NCBI RefSeq assembly: GCF_009914755.1
Contig: NC_060926.1
Length of the DNA: 64,000 bases
From: the human T2T-CHM13v2.0 reference genome, Homo sapiens
Reading direction: 5' to 3' (one strand)
The notes beneath the pieces are model-generated. The model was not told where the DNA came from. It saw nothing but the letters and a program-made list of their open reading frames with translations, and searched no databases. Position numbers and translations under genes: made by a program. Shown here piece after piece: positions 16,511 to 33,644 of the stretch (its first letter is position 1; every line of letters starts with the position of its first letter).

Positions 16511-16638
16511 ATAGAATTCTGCCTCCAGATAAAATTGTAAAATGATCCTGCTGAAATGGCCCTTAGAAATCAGCCAGTGCAACTTCTATTTCCTATGTTA
16601 GAGAACTGGGTTGTGGTTTGTATTCCTTGGAAGGTATT

Positions 16639-17477
16639 TGTTATGGGTTGAAGTGGATCCTCCTAAAATTATTGATGTTGAAGTCCTAACCCCCAGTACC
16701 CCAGGATGTGACCTTATTTGGAAACAGGCTTCTATTAGTTCGTTCTTGCAATGCTGTGGAGAAATATCTGAGACTGGATAATTTAAAAAGAAGAGATTTA
16801 GTTGGCTCATGGTTCCACAGGTTGTACAGGCAGCACAGTGGCTTCTTCTAAGGAGGCCCCATCAAGCTTCTCGTCATGGTGGAAAGCAGAGGGGCAACAG
16901 ATGTCTCATATGGTGGAAGCAGGAGCAAGAGAAAGAGTGAAGGGAGAGGTGCCACACATTTAAACAACCAGATCTCGTGAGAACTCATTCACCATCTTGT
17001 GAACAGCATCAAGAGGATGGTGCTAAACCATTTCATGAGAAATCCATCTCTATGATGCAATCACCTTCCACCAGTCCCTACATCCAACACTGGGGATTAC
17101 AATGCAATATGAGATTTGTGTGGGGACACAGATCCAAACCATATCAAGGCTCATTTCAGATATAATTAGTTAAGGAGGTGGACTCTTAATCCAATATGAC
17201 TGGTGTTCTTATTAAAGAGGGAAGGTTGGACTCAGAGATATGCACACAGGGGAACGTCATGTGAAGATTAGAATTCTGCCACAAAGCCAAGGAACTACCA
17301 AAAGGTTGGAGAGAGGCTTGGCACATACCCTTCCCCAGCACCTTCAGAGGGGGCATAGCCCTGCCGACAACCTGATTTTGGACTTCTGGCCTCCAGAACC
17401 TTTAGACATTGAATCTCTCTTGTATAAGTCATTCAGTTTGTGGTACTCTGTTAAGGCAGCCCCAGCAAACTCATACA
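16639..17477 (+). mobile_element. MLT1B/C-like MaLR LTR, split by an MST insertion
   Basis: Starts tgttatgggttgaa, contains 'gtgaccttatttggaaa' and 'ttttggacttctggcctccagaac', ends gcagccccagcaaactcataca. Confidence 0.88.
16731..17146 (-). mobile_element. MSTA/B-like solo LTR nested in MLT1
   Basis: t(c)tattagttcgttcttgca...ggggacacagatccaaaccatatca. Exact 5-bp TSD aggct at 16726-16730 and 17147-17151. Confidence 0.9.
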
Positions 17478-18269
17478 GGATCTTTAACATGAACTTAGCC
17501 CTACCCTGGTCAACATGGCTATTCTCACTCCTAATGTGGTGAATGGGTTGCCCACTTCCTATTTTCCTCTCCATGATAGCCAGTGAAGGCAGGTCACAGG
17601 TCCCTGCTTATCTGAGGGAGGAGGGTGCGAGTGTATGTGGCCTGGGCAGCTGGGCGACTCTACCATGACCAAGGCCTTCTCTTGACACAGTCTGATTTGC
17701 CACTGCTGCAGCCAGGGACAGAGTGCTCTGCCCCCATGGAGAATTTACAAATGCATTTTGCTATCATTTGTAAAGCATGTCTCAGAAACAAGATTGCCAG
17801 TTAATATGAAATCTGTTTATATAGAATTAATGTCTTTATGATTGTGTGCATGTGTATGTGTGTATATGTGTGCATGCCTGTTTATGGGCATGAGAAGACC
17901 CAGACAGACACCTCTGACTTTGCTCTAAGGTCAGAGCACTGCTAGCTCTAGGGAGGGTTCTGAGTAGCCAGGGCTGCAGGCTCTCCCTGACCTGGTAAAG
18001 GCCTTTCTTCATGTTTCTTGGCCTTTCTATTCTCTGTTCTCTTCTCCGTTCTCAACATTTTCATTCTCAACCTTCCTTCTTTTAATTTTCCTATTGCCTT
18101 AAATACTCCTAGTACCTCTGAGCCTAGGAGGCAGATAGCGTATAATCATTTTTTCCCCTAGATCCCCTGGGAGGTGGCTGGGATATGCATAGTAAAAATT
18201 TTCTGAGGGTTCCTGAGGTAGATCTGTGGTTTTTTCCTTTCTCTTTCTGTGTTTGCATCATATCATAAT

Positions 18270-18570
18270 AGAATTATAACTGTGGAGCCCTGGTTATGAA
18301 GGAGACCTGGAGATCACCCTGAGCAAAGTCAGAACAGAAAACTGGGTCCCAAAGGGAGAGTGGTCTTCCTATGGCCACACACTGACTGAGTGGGGAAGCT
18401 GAGTGGAGCCTTGGCCTTGTGACTCTCCATCTGCTGCTTTTGCACCCACAGCAATTCATATGTTGCATTTACTAAGCTGTAGGGTCCTGAACAAGTATTT
18501 TAATGACTCTGAGTCTTGTGTCCTCATTTACAAATGAGGATCATGTTATTTAGGTGGCAGGATTGAAGAT
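18270..18570. mobile_element. MIR relics (two, opposite orientation)
   Basis: Core motifs 'gaaaactgggtcccaaagggagagtggtcttcc' and 'ctctgagtcttgtgtcctcatttacaaatgagga'. Confidence 0.6.
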
Positions 18571-18584
18571 TACAAGGATTTCTG

Positions 18585-18792
18585 TTTTGGAGTTGCTTCA
18601 CTTAAGAAAAAGGCCTCCAGTTCCATCTATGTTGCTGCAAAAGAATATTATTTTATTCTTTCTTATTGCTGGGTAGGATTCCATTGTGTATATGTACCAG
18701 ATTTTCTTTATCCATTAATCTATTGATTCTATATCTTTGCTATGGTGAATAGTGCTGCAATAGACTTATGAGTGTAGGTATCTTTTTGATAT
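18585..18792 (-). mobile_element. Short L1 3' fragment (old L1PA/L1PB-like)
   Basis: 'ggcctccagttccatctatgttgctgcaaaaga...ttccattgtgtatatgtaccagattttctttatcca...tgaatagtgctgcaata'. Confidence 0.8.
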
Positions 18793-19789
18793 GTAGGAAA
18801 TATATGGTAAGCCCTGATTTCATCCCTTGCAGCCAGAAGATCCTCAGCATCTAGTTAAGCTTGAGCGTTGTGAGGACAGATAAGGATGATGTTCTGGAAG
18901 ATAGAGTTTATGCAACTTAATACAAATGATTTGTTCCTCACTGTAGTCTCTCTGTTGAAGTGTGTGCTATCAGTTTCCAAAATTATGAATAGCTTGAGTT
19001 GCATCAGCAGAAAAGCAGAAAAAAGAACAAAGCAAAAACACAACATATCTCTAGCCGGCCAATCTACCTATTCAAGCTGGTTGATTTTTCATTTAAAATT
19101 TGTTTTTTAAAAACCTCGTAAGAATGGAAGTAGAGATCTCTACTCTTCCTCTTTCAAATACTTCTGAGACTAGAAGATCAGAGGAGGAAGGAGAAGAAAG
19201 GAAAAGAGAGAAGAAGGCTAACACAGAAGTCAGCCTATGATCTTGGAAAGAAGGATGTCACCTCAGGCCCTGTGACAGGTGCAATTGGAATATAGAAGGG
19301 GCCAGGCTGGCAATGTATTGTGTCTTGTAAAGAATGAGGGCAGAGGGGCAAGGCATCCCCATCTTCTGAGGGGTTATAGTGACACGGTGTCAGGTCTGCT
19401 GGGTCCTAGAGGTCATCTTGAACAACCTCTGTCTTCAACAGACAGAAATTAGAGGCCAGGAAGGCAAATGAGAGAGACAGTGTTTATTGTCTACAAGCCC
19501 TGGAATAGGTCCTTATGACACATTGTCTAATTTTGTTTGCTGTGACAAGGCTTCATTAACCCTGTTTTCAAGGCAGAAAACCTGGCATGAGAGCAGATGG
19601 GAAAGGGCTGCACCTGCCTTGCCACTCAAGCCTGCCCAGATGTTAAGGAATGTTTTTTACCATGGGAAGCCAAGAGTGTAAAGCTTCCCCTTTATGGACT
19701 CAGTGGAAGTAAAAGTAACATTCACAACTACTTGTCACTTAATGGAGAGGAGATTTCTCATTTTAACAGAACAGACATTTGTTACCAAA

Positions 19790-20831
19790 TGTAGTTGGCT
19801 GACTAATGGCCTCCAGCAATATCCAAGTCCTAGTTCCTGCAACTTACGAATGCTACCTTTTTGGCAAGAGGGACTTTGTAGATGTGATCAAGTTAGGGAT
19901 CTTGAGATGGGGAGATTATCCTGGATTATCCAGATAGGCCCTAAATAGAATCACATTGTCCTTGTAAAAGGGAGGCAGAGAGAAGTTTGACTACAGGTGT
20001 GTATTAGTCATGGTTCTCTAAAGGGGCAGAACTAATTGGATAGATGAATATGTGAAGGGGAGTTTATTAGGAGGACTGACTCACACAATCACAAGGTGAA
20101 GTCCCACAGTAAGCCATGTGCAAGCTGATGAGCCAGGAAGCCAGTATGAGTCCCAAAACCGCAAAAGCAGAGAAGCCGGCAGTGCAGCCTTCAGTCTGTG
20201 GCTGAAGGCCCGAGAGCCCCTGGCAAATCACTGGTGTAAAGTCCAAGAGTCTAAAAGCTGAAGAACTTGAAGTCTGATGTTCAAGGGCAGGAAGCGTCCA
20301 GCACAGGAGAAAGATGAAGGCCAGAAGACTCAGCCAGTCTAGTCTTTACACGTTCTTCTACCTGCTTTATTCTAGCTGTGCTGGCAGGTGATTAGATGGT
20401 GCCCGCCCTGACTGAGGATGGGTCTACCTCTCCCAGTTCACTGACTCAAATGTTAATCTCCTTTGGCAACACCCTCACAGACACACCCAGGAACAATGCT
20501 TTGCATCCTTCAATCCAATCAAGTTGACACTCTATATTAACCATCACAAGATGTAAAAGGCAACATGAAGACTGAAGTCAGATGCTACACCACTGGCTTA
20601 GAGGATGGAGGGAGGAGCCACAGGCCAGTTATGCAAGAAATGCAGCTCTAGAAGCTGAGAAAGGCACAGAAATGATTTGCCCTTGGAGCCTCCAGAGGGA
20701 GCAGGGCCCTGCAGGTGCCTTGATTTCAGGCCTCTGAAACTGATATGAGACTTTTGATCCCCAGAACATTGTGCTGTTTTAACCACCAAGTTTGTGGTAC
20801 TTTGTTACAGCAGCTGTAGGGAATGAATGCA
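19790..20831 (+). mobile_element. MLT1D-like MaLR LTR, split by an MLT2 insertion
   Basis: 'gggactttgtagatgtgatcaagttagggatcttgagatggggagattatcctggattatcc', ending 'gtttgtggtactttgttacagcagc...aatgca'. Confidence 0.88.
20000..20548 (-). mobile_element. MLT2A-like (HERV-L) solo LTR nested in MLT1D
   Basis: tgtattagtcatggttctcta...caagttgacactctatattaaccatcaca. 5-bp TSD aggtg (19995-19999) / agatg (20549-20553). Confidence 0.92.
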
Positions 20832-21729
20832 CCAGGGACAACTATTCCTATCAGTGAAGATGGGGTTTAGGGGTATGATGGCCTTGGTGACAGCAGAGTC
20901 CCACTGAGCGTGCCCATTTCTTGTCACAAACATAGTCATGAATGTTCAACGATGCGGCATCTGGGCCAGTTGTAGAGTATCTGGAGAACAGAAAACTGCC
21001 ACTGAAGGCTAAAGGTCTCTGACCATGATTTTAACTGGTTAATCTGAGTATCGGGTACAGCTGTCCTTCTGATTGATAGAAGCTGTGTAGGGGCAGGGAC
21101 ATTCCCTGATGTTTGAATTTGGGGAGCAGAGGAACTTTGGGCAAGCCTGCCATTTGCAAAGCTGATGGACGTCACACGCAGGCAAGTGGGGAAAAAGGAG
21201 TTAAGATGAAAAGCACCACCTGAAAAGAGAGGAGTGTAGGGGACAATACCTCCCTGATAAAACCTGCCCATTATCTTTTTCCTCCTTACAAAGATTAACA
21301 AATAGGATAAAGGGCAGGAAACAGGTGCCACCTCATACATTCTGACCAGCAGTGTGATGTGCAGGAGCATGTGAGGTGCTCGAAACATACCCGCTATGTT
21401 ACTGTGATGGCAGAGGTAGGATTTGAACCCTGGGTTACATAATTCCAAATTTCTCGACACACACAGAGTTGGAGCTGGAACACAATTTCCTCACATCTGG
21501 TCCAGGGTCCTTTCCACCTTATCATACCACTTTCTTTCGTAAAATGAAATATTCTTAGCAGGATGTTCTATCTACTTACCTGTGTCCAATATATTATTTT
21601 GTTCAATCTAACAGAGATGCTTATTCCTTGTTTCCATCAGGCAAAGAATTAAGTGTACTAAAAAGAAAAAAGTTGAAATTTTGCAGAGAGGGTATAGAAT
21701 TTTTAAGAGTCCTGAGGGAGAACACGATG

Positions 21730-21875
21730 ATGTAATTTATTGAGTGTTCTTTTGTGCAGTGTGCTTTACATCCATCATCCTTACAGGACTTTGAGGTTAG
21801 GTTTTATTATCTTCAGTTTGCCAGTGAGGAAAACTGGGGTTTAGAGGGGTTAGGAAATTGTCCAAAGCCACCAAA
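21730..21875 (-). mobile_element. MIR relic
   Basis: 'cagtgaggaaaactggggtttagaggggttaggaaattgtccaaagccac'. Confidence 0.7.
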
Positions 21876-21881
21876 CCACGT

Positions 21882-22070
21882 TAGTGGTTCTCAGCCTTTA
21901 TCAAGCACCAGAATCCCCTGCTGGGCTTGTTAAAACACAGATTGATGGGTCCACTTGCAGTGTTTCTGATTTTGCATGTCTAGGGTGGGGCCAAGCACTT
22001 GCATTTCTAGCAAGTTCCCAGATAATATTGATGCTGCGTGTCTGGGCACCATACTTTCGGAACTCTTGGT
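21882..22070. mobile_element. MER5A-like hAT-Charlie MITE
   Basis: 'agtggttctca...agaatcccctg...cttgttaaaacacagattg...tgcatttctagcaagttcccag...catactttcggaac'. Confidence 0.85.
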
Positions 22071-22835
22071 TTTGAATGTTTTAAGAAGGATATGAAATCA
22101 GAGCAATTTGAATCTAATTTAGGCTGCCTCAGTCTTCCCCTTCTGGAACTGACTTCAGGTTCTCCAGTGAGAGCTGAGAGCCTTGGGGCCTTGCTAGTCC
22201 CTGTCAGAGCTGTGTGTAAGTCCCATTATCTGCTGGAGAAGGTTGCCTGGACTGCCCCAGGCTGTGATTTCCGACCCATTCACTGTGTCCACTGTGGCCA
22301 AGAGAACAGAATACTGGTGGCTGTCAGAGTCAAGGGAGGGTGGGGACTGACTGGATTCTAGCTGAGCACACTGCTCAGAGTGGCCCTGCTTCTATTCCTT
22401 AACTCCCCTTTAATTTACTGGAAATAAAAAAGGTTTTTTTTAATTGTAAAATCTACATTATTTAAATCTGTTGCTCAGTAGAGTACTATGAAATGCCAGA
22501 ACCTCTGGAAGATCATATTATTTCTAGGGATCACTAGTTATAAACAGTTTAAAAGTTTTGCTTTCTTGGAGATAATTCCAATTATGGCTGATTTTAGCTT
22601 CTCTGTATACTGAAAGAATGGGCATGGTTTGGGTTCATATCTGATTTAACTTAGTTTTCTTTTATTCATTTCTAGCTCTATTATCAACATGATACATGCT
22701 CATTGTCAAAAATTTGGAAAATACAGAAATTGTGAATGAAAAATTTATTAATAATTCCAATATACAGGACAACTCCTACTTACTTTTTGTATGATTTTCT
22801 TTACTCTTGTTTTGTGACCTTTTATTTTAAAAATG

Positions 22836-22867
<32 letters not shown>
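22836..22867. repeat. (TC)n(TA)n compound microsatellite
   Basis: Seen directly. Confidence 0.9.
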
Positions 22868-23262
22868 CACATATACTTTTATATATATCAAAAATATATC
22901 AATAATATGATATTATACATACTTTTTTTGGGAATTCAGGGTTCTTTGTTAATTTTGCTCACCTCTCATTTCCTTCTCTTTTCACCCTCACTGCCTCCTC
23001 TCTTCACATCACCTTTTCCCCAGGTAACTGACTTAGTATGCATCCTGTGTTTTTTTCAGGCTCATATAAGTATCTACTAACTAGGTTTGAGTCTTTCCTT
23101 ATGCATATCTTCAGTATTCTTTACATGCATATATTATGGTTTGCTGGCTATTCCCCTAATATGGAAGTTCTAGTTTGTTTCAGTTTTCACTGTTATTTTG
23201 ATGAACATTTTGCACATAAATCTTTGTCTGTATACTTGAGTATTTCTTTAAGATAGAATCTC

Positions 23263-23621
<359 letters not shown>

Positions 23622-24659
23622 TTACTCTCCTACCAGCAGGAGTGAGAGGACTAATGCTTTTGTAAGTGAGATCCTAGATTCCTTGGACTGAGATGTTTGA
23701 AAAGTTGTTCCCGTATCAGGGCTCCAGGCCATCATTGTCTTCTAAGCCAGGCTTTTAGTGGCATGACAACTTCAATTCCACACCCTCAACAGTCCTGGGA
23801 CCATGTTCGATATTTTTAATGGAACTAGACACTCCCCACCTCTATTTTTTTCTACTTGCTTTTTGATTTGCATATTGTGTCAACTACATTTCTTAAACAT
23901 ATTTTGAATCCAGCCCTACTATTTTGACAAATCAGTCTTTCTGGACTTCTATTTTGTCCTCTGCATTCTGACCAGCCAATGAATATGTAAATCAGAAGCC
24001 CTTACCTTCAGGGGATTAGCAATTGAGTTTTCTCGAAGATGTACACATGGAAAGGTATAAAGGAATAACTTGCTTCCCAAGGATCCAAATACATCTTGCA
24101 GAGAATTGGTGCTGTAGCAGTTCAGAGCAGGCCAACTCATGGTCTGCAGTCAACAGGGAGGACTTCACTGCCTAAGAGAAATTTGAACTGGGCCTTGTAG
24201 GAAGGATACAGGATTTGGAGCTGTGAACTGAAGAGGGGAGTCAGTGTGTCTTAGACTGGAGTACTGCTGTAAGAAAACAGCTGGAGATATGATTTGAAAG
24301 AGTATTAGAGACTATCCAAAGTAAAAGCTGATGCTGACATGGAGTAAGAGAAAGAAAAAACTGGCCATACTACAAGTCCAATACAGGTCAAAGCTGTGAT
24401 CCTGAGATGGCTCAATTCTCTGCAGAGCTGGGCAGTTTTAATTCTCTAGTGCTCCACATTGCAAAAGCACAGATGGTGGCTGGTTGTTTTGCAGTGGGTA
24501 AGTATGGTAACTATGGAAGAATAACAATGGAGTGAGAGCTTTGAGGTCCTCGTGCAGAAGTGTTTGCAGTGACATGTCATAGGTCCTAGGATAAACAGGG
24601 AAACAGTGGAGCAGATGAGTGTGGCCTGATGATTTGGAGAAAAAGGGAGACATCTAGGA

Positions 24660-24980
24660 CAGTGCTGCCCAATACAAATTTAATGCAAGTCACAAATGCA
24701 AGCCACCATGCAGCTATTTTAAAATTTTCTACAACACATTATAAGAGAGTTTATATAAATTTTAATCATATACTCTACTTGGCTAACATATCGAAAATAT
24801 AGTTTAAACATGTAATTGATATAAAATTGGTTAATCACATATTTTCTCTTCTTTTTTTCATACTAAGCCTTAGAAATCTGGTGTGTATTTTATACTTACA
24901 GCACATCCCAATTGATACTAATCAGATTTTAAATGCTCTACAGTCCCATGTAGTAGTGACTACTGTGTTGGACAGAGCAG
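24660..24980. mobile_element. MER33-like hAT-Charlie MITE
   Basis: cagtgctgcccaata...'aaatctggtgtgtattttatacttacagcacatc'...ttggacagagcag, with degenerate terminal inverted repeats. Confidence 0.85.
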
Positions 24981-25330
24981 CACAGTATGCTGGGATTGGA
25001 AAGATGAAGTGGGAAGTAAGGAAATTGGAAGGTTCAGGGTTTGTGACCAGACTGGGGTAGTTTAGGAATCACAGGCCAAATGACTGGTTACTGTCAGTAC
25101 TGCGGGGTGAGTGTTTAAGGTGTATTGGAAATGAATGAACCTGAGTGGGTCAAGACACTGGGTGGTGTTGATGGTCATCGCTGCGGAAGGAGGGAAGCCT
25201 AGTGCTTGGCGTGTAGTGGAGTCTCAGACTAATGACCATGAGCCCAGCAAGAAAGCTCCTGGTGACTATGAAAGGAGGTTCAGGAGTTAGTGGGCAGAAT
25301 CCACATGGGAAAAGGATTCATGCCAGGCGT

Positions 25331-25541
25331 CAGGGGATTACAATCCACAGGCCAAATCGAGCCCACTGTCTGTGTTGTAAACAAGGATTACTGGAACACA
25401 GCCACTCTTGATTGTATCATGCATTGTCCATGGGAGCTGTTGCTACAATGGCAGAGTTGAGTAGCTGGGACCAGGATTGTAGATCTCTCAAAGCCTGGAA
25501 TACTTGTATCTGGCCCTTTAGAGAAAGTTTACCTACTCCTG
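25331..25541. mobile_element. MER58A-like hAT MITE
   Basis: cagggg...ggccaaatc...tggaacacagcca...ctacaatggcagagttgagtag...tatctggccctttagagaaagttt...ctcctg. Confidence 0.85.
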
Positions 25542-26279
25542 ATTTATACCATAGTCTAAATGAGCCTCAGAGGAGGAGGAGTTTCTCCAGAGTAGGCAGA
25601 AGTAAAACTCTAGGAAAATACTGAAAGCGGGCCTGGCCCTGGGGATTTTTGCGTCGAGTTTGTGACTCCTTCATCTCAATCTCAAGGAAGCAGCTGCACT
25701 GCTACAACTGTCTCCCTAGAGATCTGAGGACCGACACTAACTTCCAAAACTGCAGCCTCTTCTCCACAGCACATTCTTTAATCCTCTTCAGACATTAACA
25801 ATCCTCTGGAGTCACGTTTGTGCTTTTGAAATGGAATCATGATACTGCTGTTTTTATGAACTGGCACTGTGACTCTCAAACCCATGGGAACTTTGAACTT
25901 CTATAGTGTTTCTTGTTTCCATCCAGAAACAAGGAAACGTTCACTCACTTTTTCCTTCTGCTTTACACACAATTAGAGTCTATTATGGAACAAAAAATCT
26001 TGTTCTCCCTGATAATACCTGATATATTGCGTAAAAGATCTCATTTGTCAGAAGATACATGATCTTACTACTTCTCCTTTATGTAATATTCTCTTCTCAG
26101 TAGGAAATGGTGCAGCAGATTTAAAGGGCAGTGGACTGGGAAGCATTAGACCCAGGATTTATTTTTAGCTTCACTTCTATTTTAATGCCCCTAGATTTCA
26201 GTTTTCTCATCTATAATAATAATGGCAATAAAATGCTACCACTTATTGAATGATAATAATAACTACCTTTTCCTTGGAG

Positions 26280-26470
26280 ACAGTGGAGTTTAGTGACAGT
26301 GAAAGACTGCCTGGGTTTGAAGCCTGACACCCATTCATTAGCTTGTGACCTTGAGTGAGTCACTAAAAATCTCTGGGCCTTAGTTTCCTTATTTATAAAA
26401 TGAGGATGCACTACCTCATCAAATGAGTTAATATTCATGATACATTTTGAACAGCATCTGGCACATAGGA
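26280..26470 (+). mobile_element. MIR
   Basis: 'agactgcctgggtttgaagcctg...tgtgaccttgag...ctctgggccttagtttccttatttataaaatgagga'. Further MIR pieces lie at about 26600-26930. Confidence 0.8.
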
Positions 26471-28058
26471 CATGATATTTTCAAGTCTGTTAAAAAGAAA
26501 TAAAATACAATAATATCTATCCTTTATATCTGCCACAGTTGTTAATGGTATACTAGGTTTAATTCTTTATGTGCGTTGTTTTTAAATAATAATGTCAGTG
26601 CTGCAAGGGCATTATTATTATTCCAAATTTTATACCTAAAGGGACAGATTCAGAGAGGTTAATTTGTTCAATATCATACAACTAGCAAATGAAGGAGCTA
26701 GAATTACTCCACATCTGACACCAAGCCCTTGCCAGATCTAAAGCCCTGGATTTGATCAGTGATTGCCAAATGTAGATGATCTCAGCTAGTTGCAGAGTTA
26801 ATTTGTTAGATTTAATTTAGGTCCTGTCTCTTGACTGACTTGCTATGGAGTGTTGGACAAATGGCCCAACTTGTCCATTCTTGGTTTCTCATGTAGGAGA
26901 GAAATGACACTAACTCACCCTACATGGGGTGGGGTGAACATCTATTGATTTTAGCTTGTGCTTGGTCTGTTTTCCCAGCCCTGGAATAGTAGCTTCATTT
27001 TCTTTTGAGAAACTACTCCTTTCTCACTCTCAGTCTCTGCAATTTGGATGCAGTTGACTGCACTTTCCTGGCCTGGGTTTAGGACATTTGACCTACCCCG
27101 ATCTACCAGAGTATGACATTTCCCTGGCCAGAGGATCACCTCAGAGTGAGCACATGCAAATAATTATTTTGTGAGGCCACTGTCTATATAAACAATTTGA
27201 TAAAAAATGTATTAAAAATTAATGGTCCCATGCTAGATCCAGTGGTTTATTGATAAAAAATTTGAACTATCAGTAGGCAAAAGGTACTTACATATTTTTT
27301 ATTGTACAATCAGTGCTTGTAAAGATCCTTCTTCATTTCCATGCACCATCTCTTTCTCTTCCATCTAGGAACTGACTCCTCAAGTTCTTTGTCAAATGTG
27401 CCATTCCGGGCTGATTTTGTATCTTCCAACCATGAGAAAAAGACAACGATGCTCTTGTTAGTCACCATGCCGTGACTCTTCAGAATATGCTTGTATTGAA
27501 ACAATACAGAACATTTTATCTCTGCAGTTTCCTAATACAGTTTATGTAGGACTTGGACCCATCGTTACTCATGGCAGACACTGCCTCATCCATCTATTGC
27601 GCTGTTTCTGAAGACTGGCTAGTGGTGATTCATAAAGGTTGGTACTGAGCACTTTTGATGACGATCACCAATGCAAGTCTCACTCAAATAATGCCAAACA
27701 ATGTGAATGATAATTTGTTTTCTGTCATGTCAAATTTGCATATTGGAATTTTAGCACAAATATAGAATGATACATTTTACAAGCATGTCTTAATCACTGC
27801 CCTCCTATAATTTGATCTCTTTCTTTTTTATTTTATTCTATCTTTTTTTTTATTATACTTTGAGTTCTGGGGTACATGTGCAGAATGTGCAGGTTTGTTA
27901 CACAGGTATACACGTGCCATAGTTGTTTGCTGCACCCATCAACCCATCATCTACATTAGGTATTTCTCCTAATGCTATCCCTCCCCTACCCCCCACCCCA
28001 CGACAGGCCCCAGTGTGTGATGCCCCCACCCTGTCCCATGTCCATGTGTTCTCATTGT

Positions 28059-31860
<3,802 letters not shown>

Positions 31861-31923
31861 TGTGATGCTAGCTGGTTATTTTGCCTCTTAGTTGATGTTG
31901 TTTCTTCATAATGTTGATGGTGT

Positions 31924-32936
31924 TTACAATTTGGTATGTTTATGCAGCGGTTGGTACCAACTGTTCCTTTTATTGCTTCCTTCAGGAGCTCTTGTAAGGC
32001 AGGCCTGGTGGTGACAAAATCTCTCAGCATTTGCTTGTCTGTAAAGGATTTTATTTCTCCTTCACTTATGAAGCTTAGTTTGGCTGGATATGAAATTCTG
32101 GGTTGAAAATTCTTTTCTTTAAGAATGTTGAATATTGGCCCCCACTCTCTTCTGGCTTGTGGGGTTTCTGCCAAGAGATCCGCTGTTAGTCTGATGGGCT
32201 TCCCTTTACCGGTGATCTGACCTTTCTCTCTGGCTGCCCTTAATATTTTTTCCTTTATTTCACCCTTTGTGAATCTGACAATTATGTGTCTTGGGGTTGC
32301 TCTTCTCAAGGAGTATTTTTGTGGTGTTCTCTGTATTTCCTGAATTTGAATGTTGGCCTGCCTTGCTAGGAAGTTCTCCTGGATAATATCCTGAAGGGTG
32401 TTTCCCAACTTGGTTCCATTCTCCTTGTCACTTTCAGGTACACCAATCAAATGTAGATTTGGTCTTTCACACAGTCCCATATTTCTTGGAGGCATTGTTC
32501 ATTTCTTTTCATTTCTTTTTCCTCTAGTCTTGTCTTCTTGCTTTATTTCATTAAGTTGATCTTTGATCTCTGATATCCTTTCTTCCCCTTGATCAATTCA
32601 GCTACTGATATTTGTGTATGCTTCACAAAGTTCTGATGCTCTATTTTTCAGCTCCATCAGGTCATTTATGGTCCTCTCTACACTGGTTATTCTACTTAGC
32701 AATTCACCTAACCTTTCTTCAAGGTTCTTAGCTTCCTTGCACTGCATTATAACGTGCTCCTTTAGCTTGAAGGAGTTTGTCATTACCCACCTTCTGAAAC
32801 CTACTTCTGTCAATTCATCAAACTCATTCTCTGTCCAGTTTTGTTCTCTTGCTGGTGAGGAGTTGTGATCCTTTGGAGGAGAAGAGGTGTTCTCGTTTTG
32901 GGAGTTTTCAGCCTTTTTGCGCTGGTTTCTCCCCAT
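31924..32936 (-). pseudogene. L1 ORF1, disrupted
   Basis: MGRNQRKKAENSQ... and ...RRATPRHIIVRFTK...QPRISYPAKLSF, broken by a stop and frameshifts. Confidence 0.95.
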
Positions 32937-33644
32937 CTTCATGGATTTATCTACCTTTGGTCTCTAATATTGGTGACCTTCAGATGGAGTCTCTGAATGG
33001 ACATCCTTTTTGTTGATGTTGATGTTATTCCTTTCTGTTTGTTAGTTTTCCTTCTAACAGTCAAGCCCCTCTGCTGCAGGTCTGCTGGAGTTTGCTGGAG
33101 GTCTACTCCATATCCTTTTTGCCCGGGTATCACCAGCAGAGGCTGCAGAACAACAAAGATTGCTGCTTGTTCCTTCCTCTGGAAGCTTCGTCCCAGAGGG
33201 GCACCTGCCAGATACCAGCTAGAGCTTTCCTCTATGAGGTGTCTGTCAGCCCCTATTGGGAGGTATCTCCCAGTCAGGATATACAAGGGTCAGGGATCCA
33301 CTTGAGGAGGCAGTCTGACCCTTATCAGAGCTCGAATGCTGTACTGGAAGATCTGCTGCTCTCTTCAGAGCTGTCAGGCTGGGACATTTAAGTCTGCTGT
33401 AGCTGCACCCACAGCCACCCCTTCCCCCAGGTGCTCTGTCCCAGGGAGATGGGGGTTTTATCTATAATTCTGTGACTGGGGCTGCTGCCTTTTTTTAAGA
33501 GATGCCCTGCCCAGAGAGGAGGAATCTAGAGAGGCAGCCTGGCCACAGCGAACTTGCTGAGCTGCGGTGGGCTCCACCAAGTTTGAACTTCCTGGCAGCT
33601 GTGTTTACACTGTGAGGGTAAAACCAACTACTCAAGCCTCAGGA

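Noticed and set aside
20936-21460. 174-aa minus-strand ORF, the longest non-L1 ORF
   Set aside because: Non-ATG start, begins in a MIR-like piece, and shows no recognisable domain or exon structure; consistent with chance.
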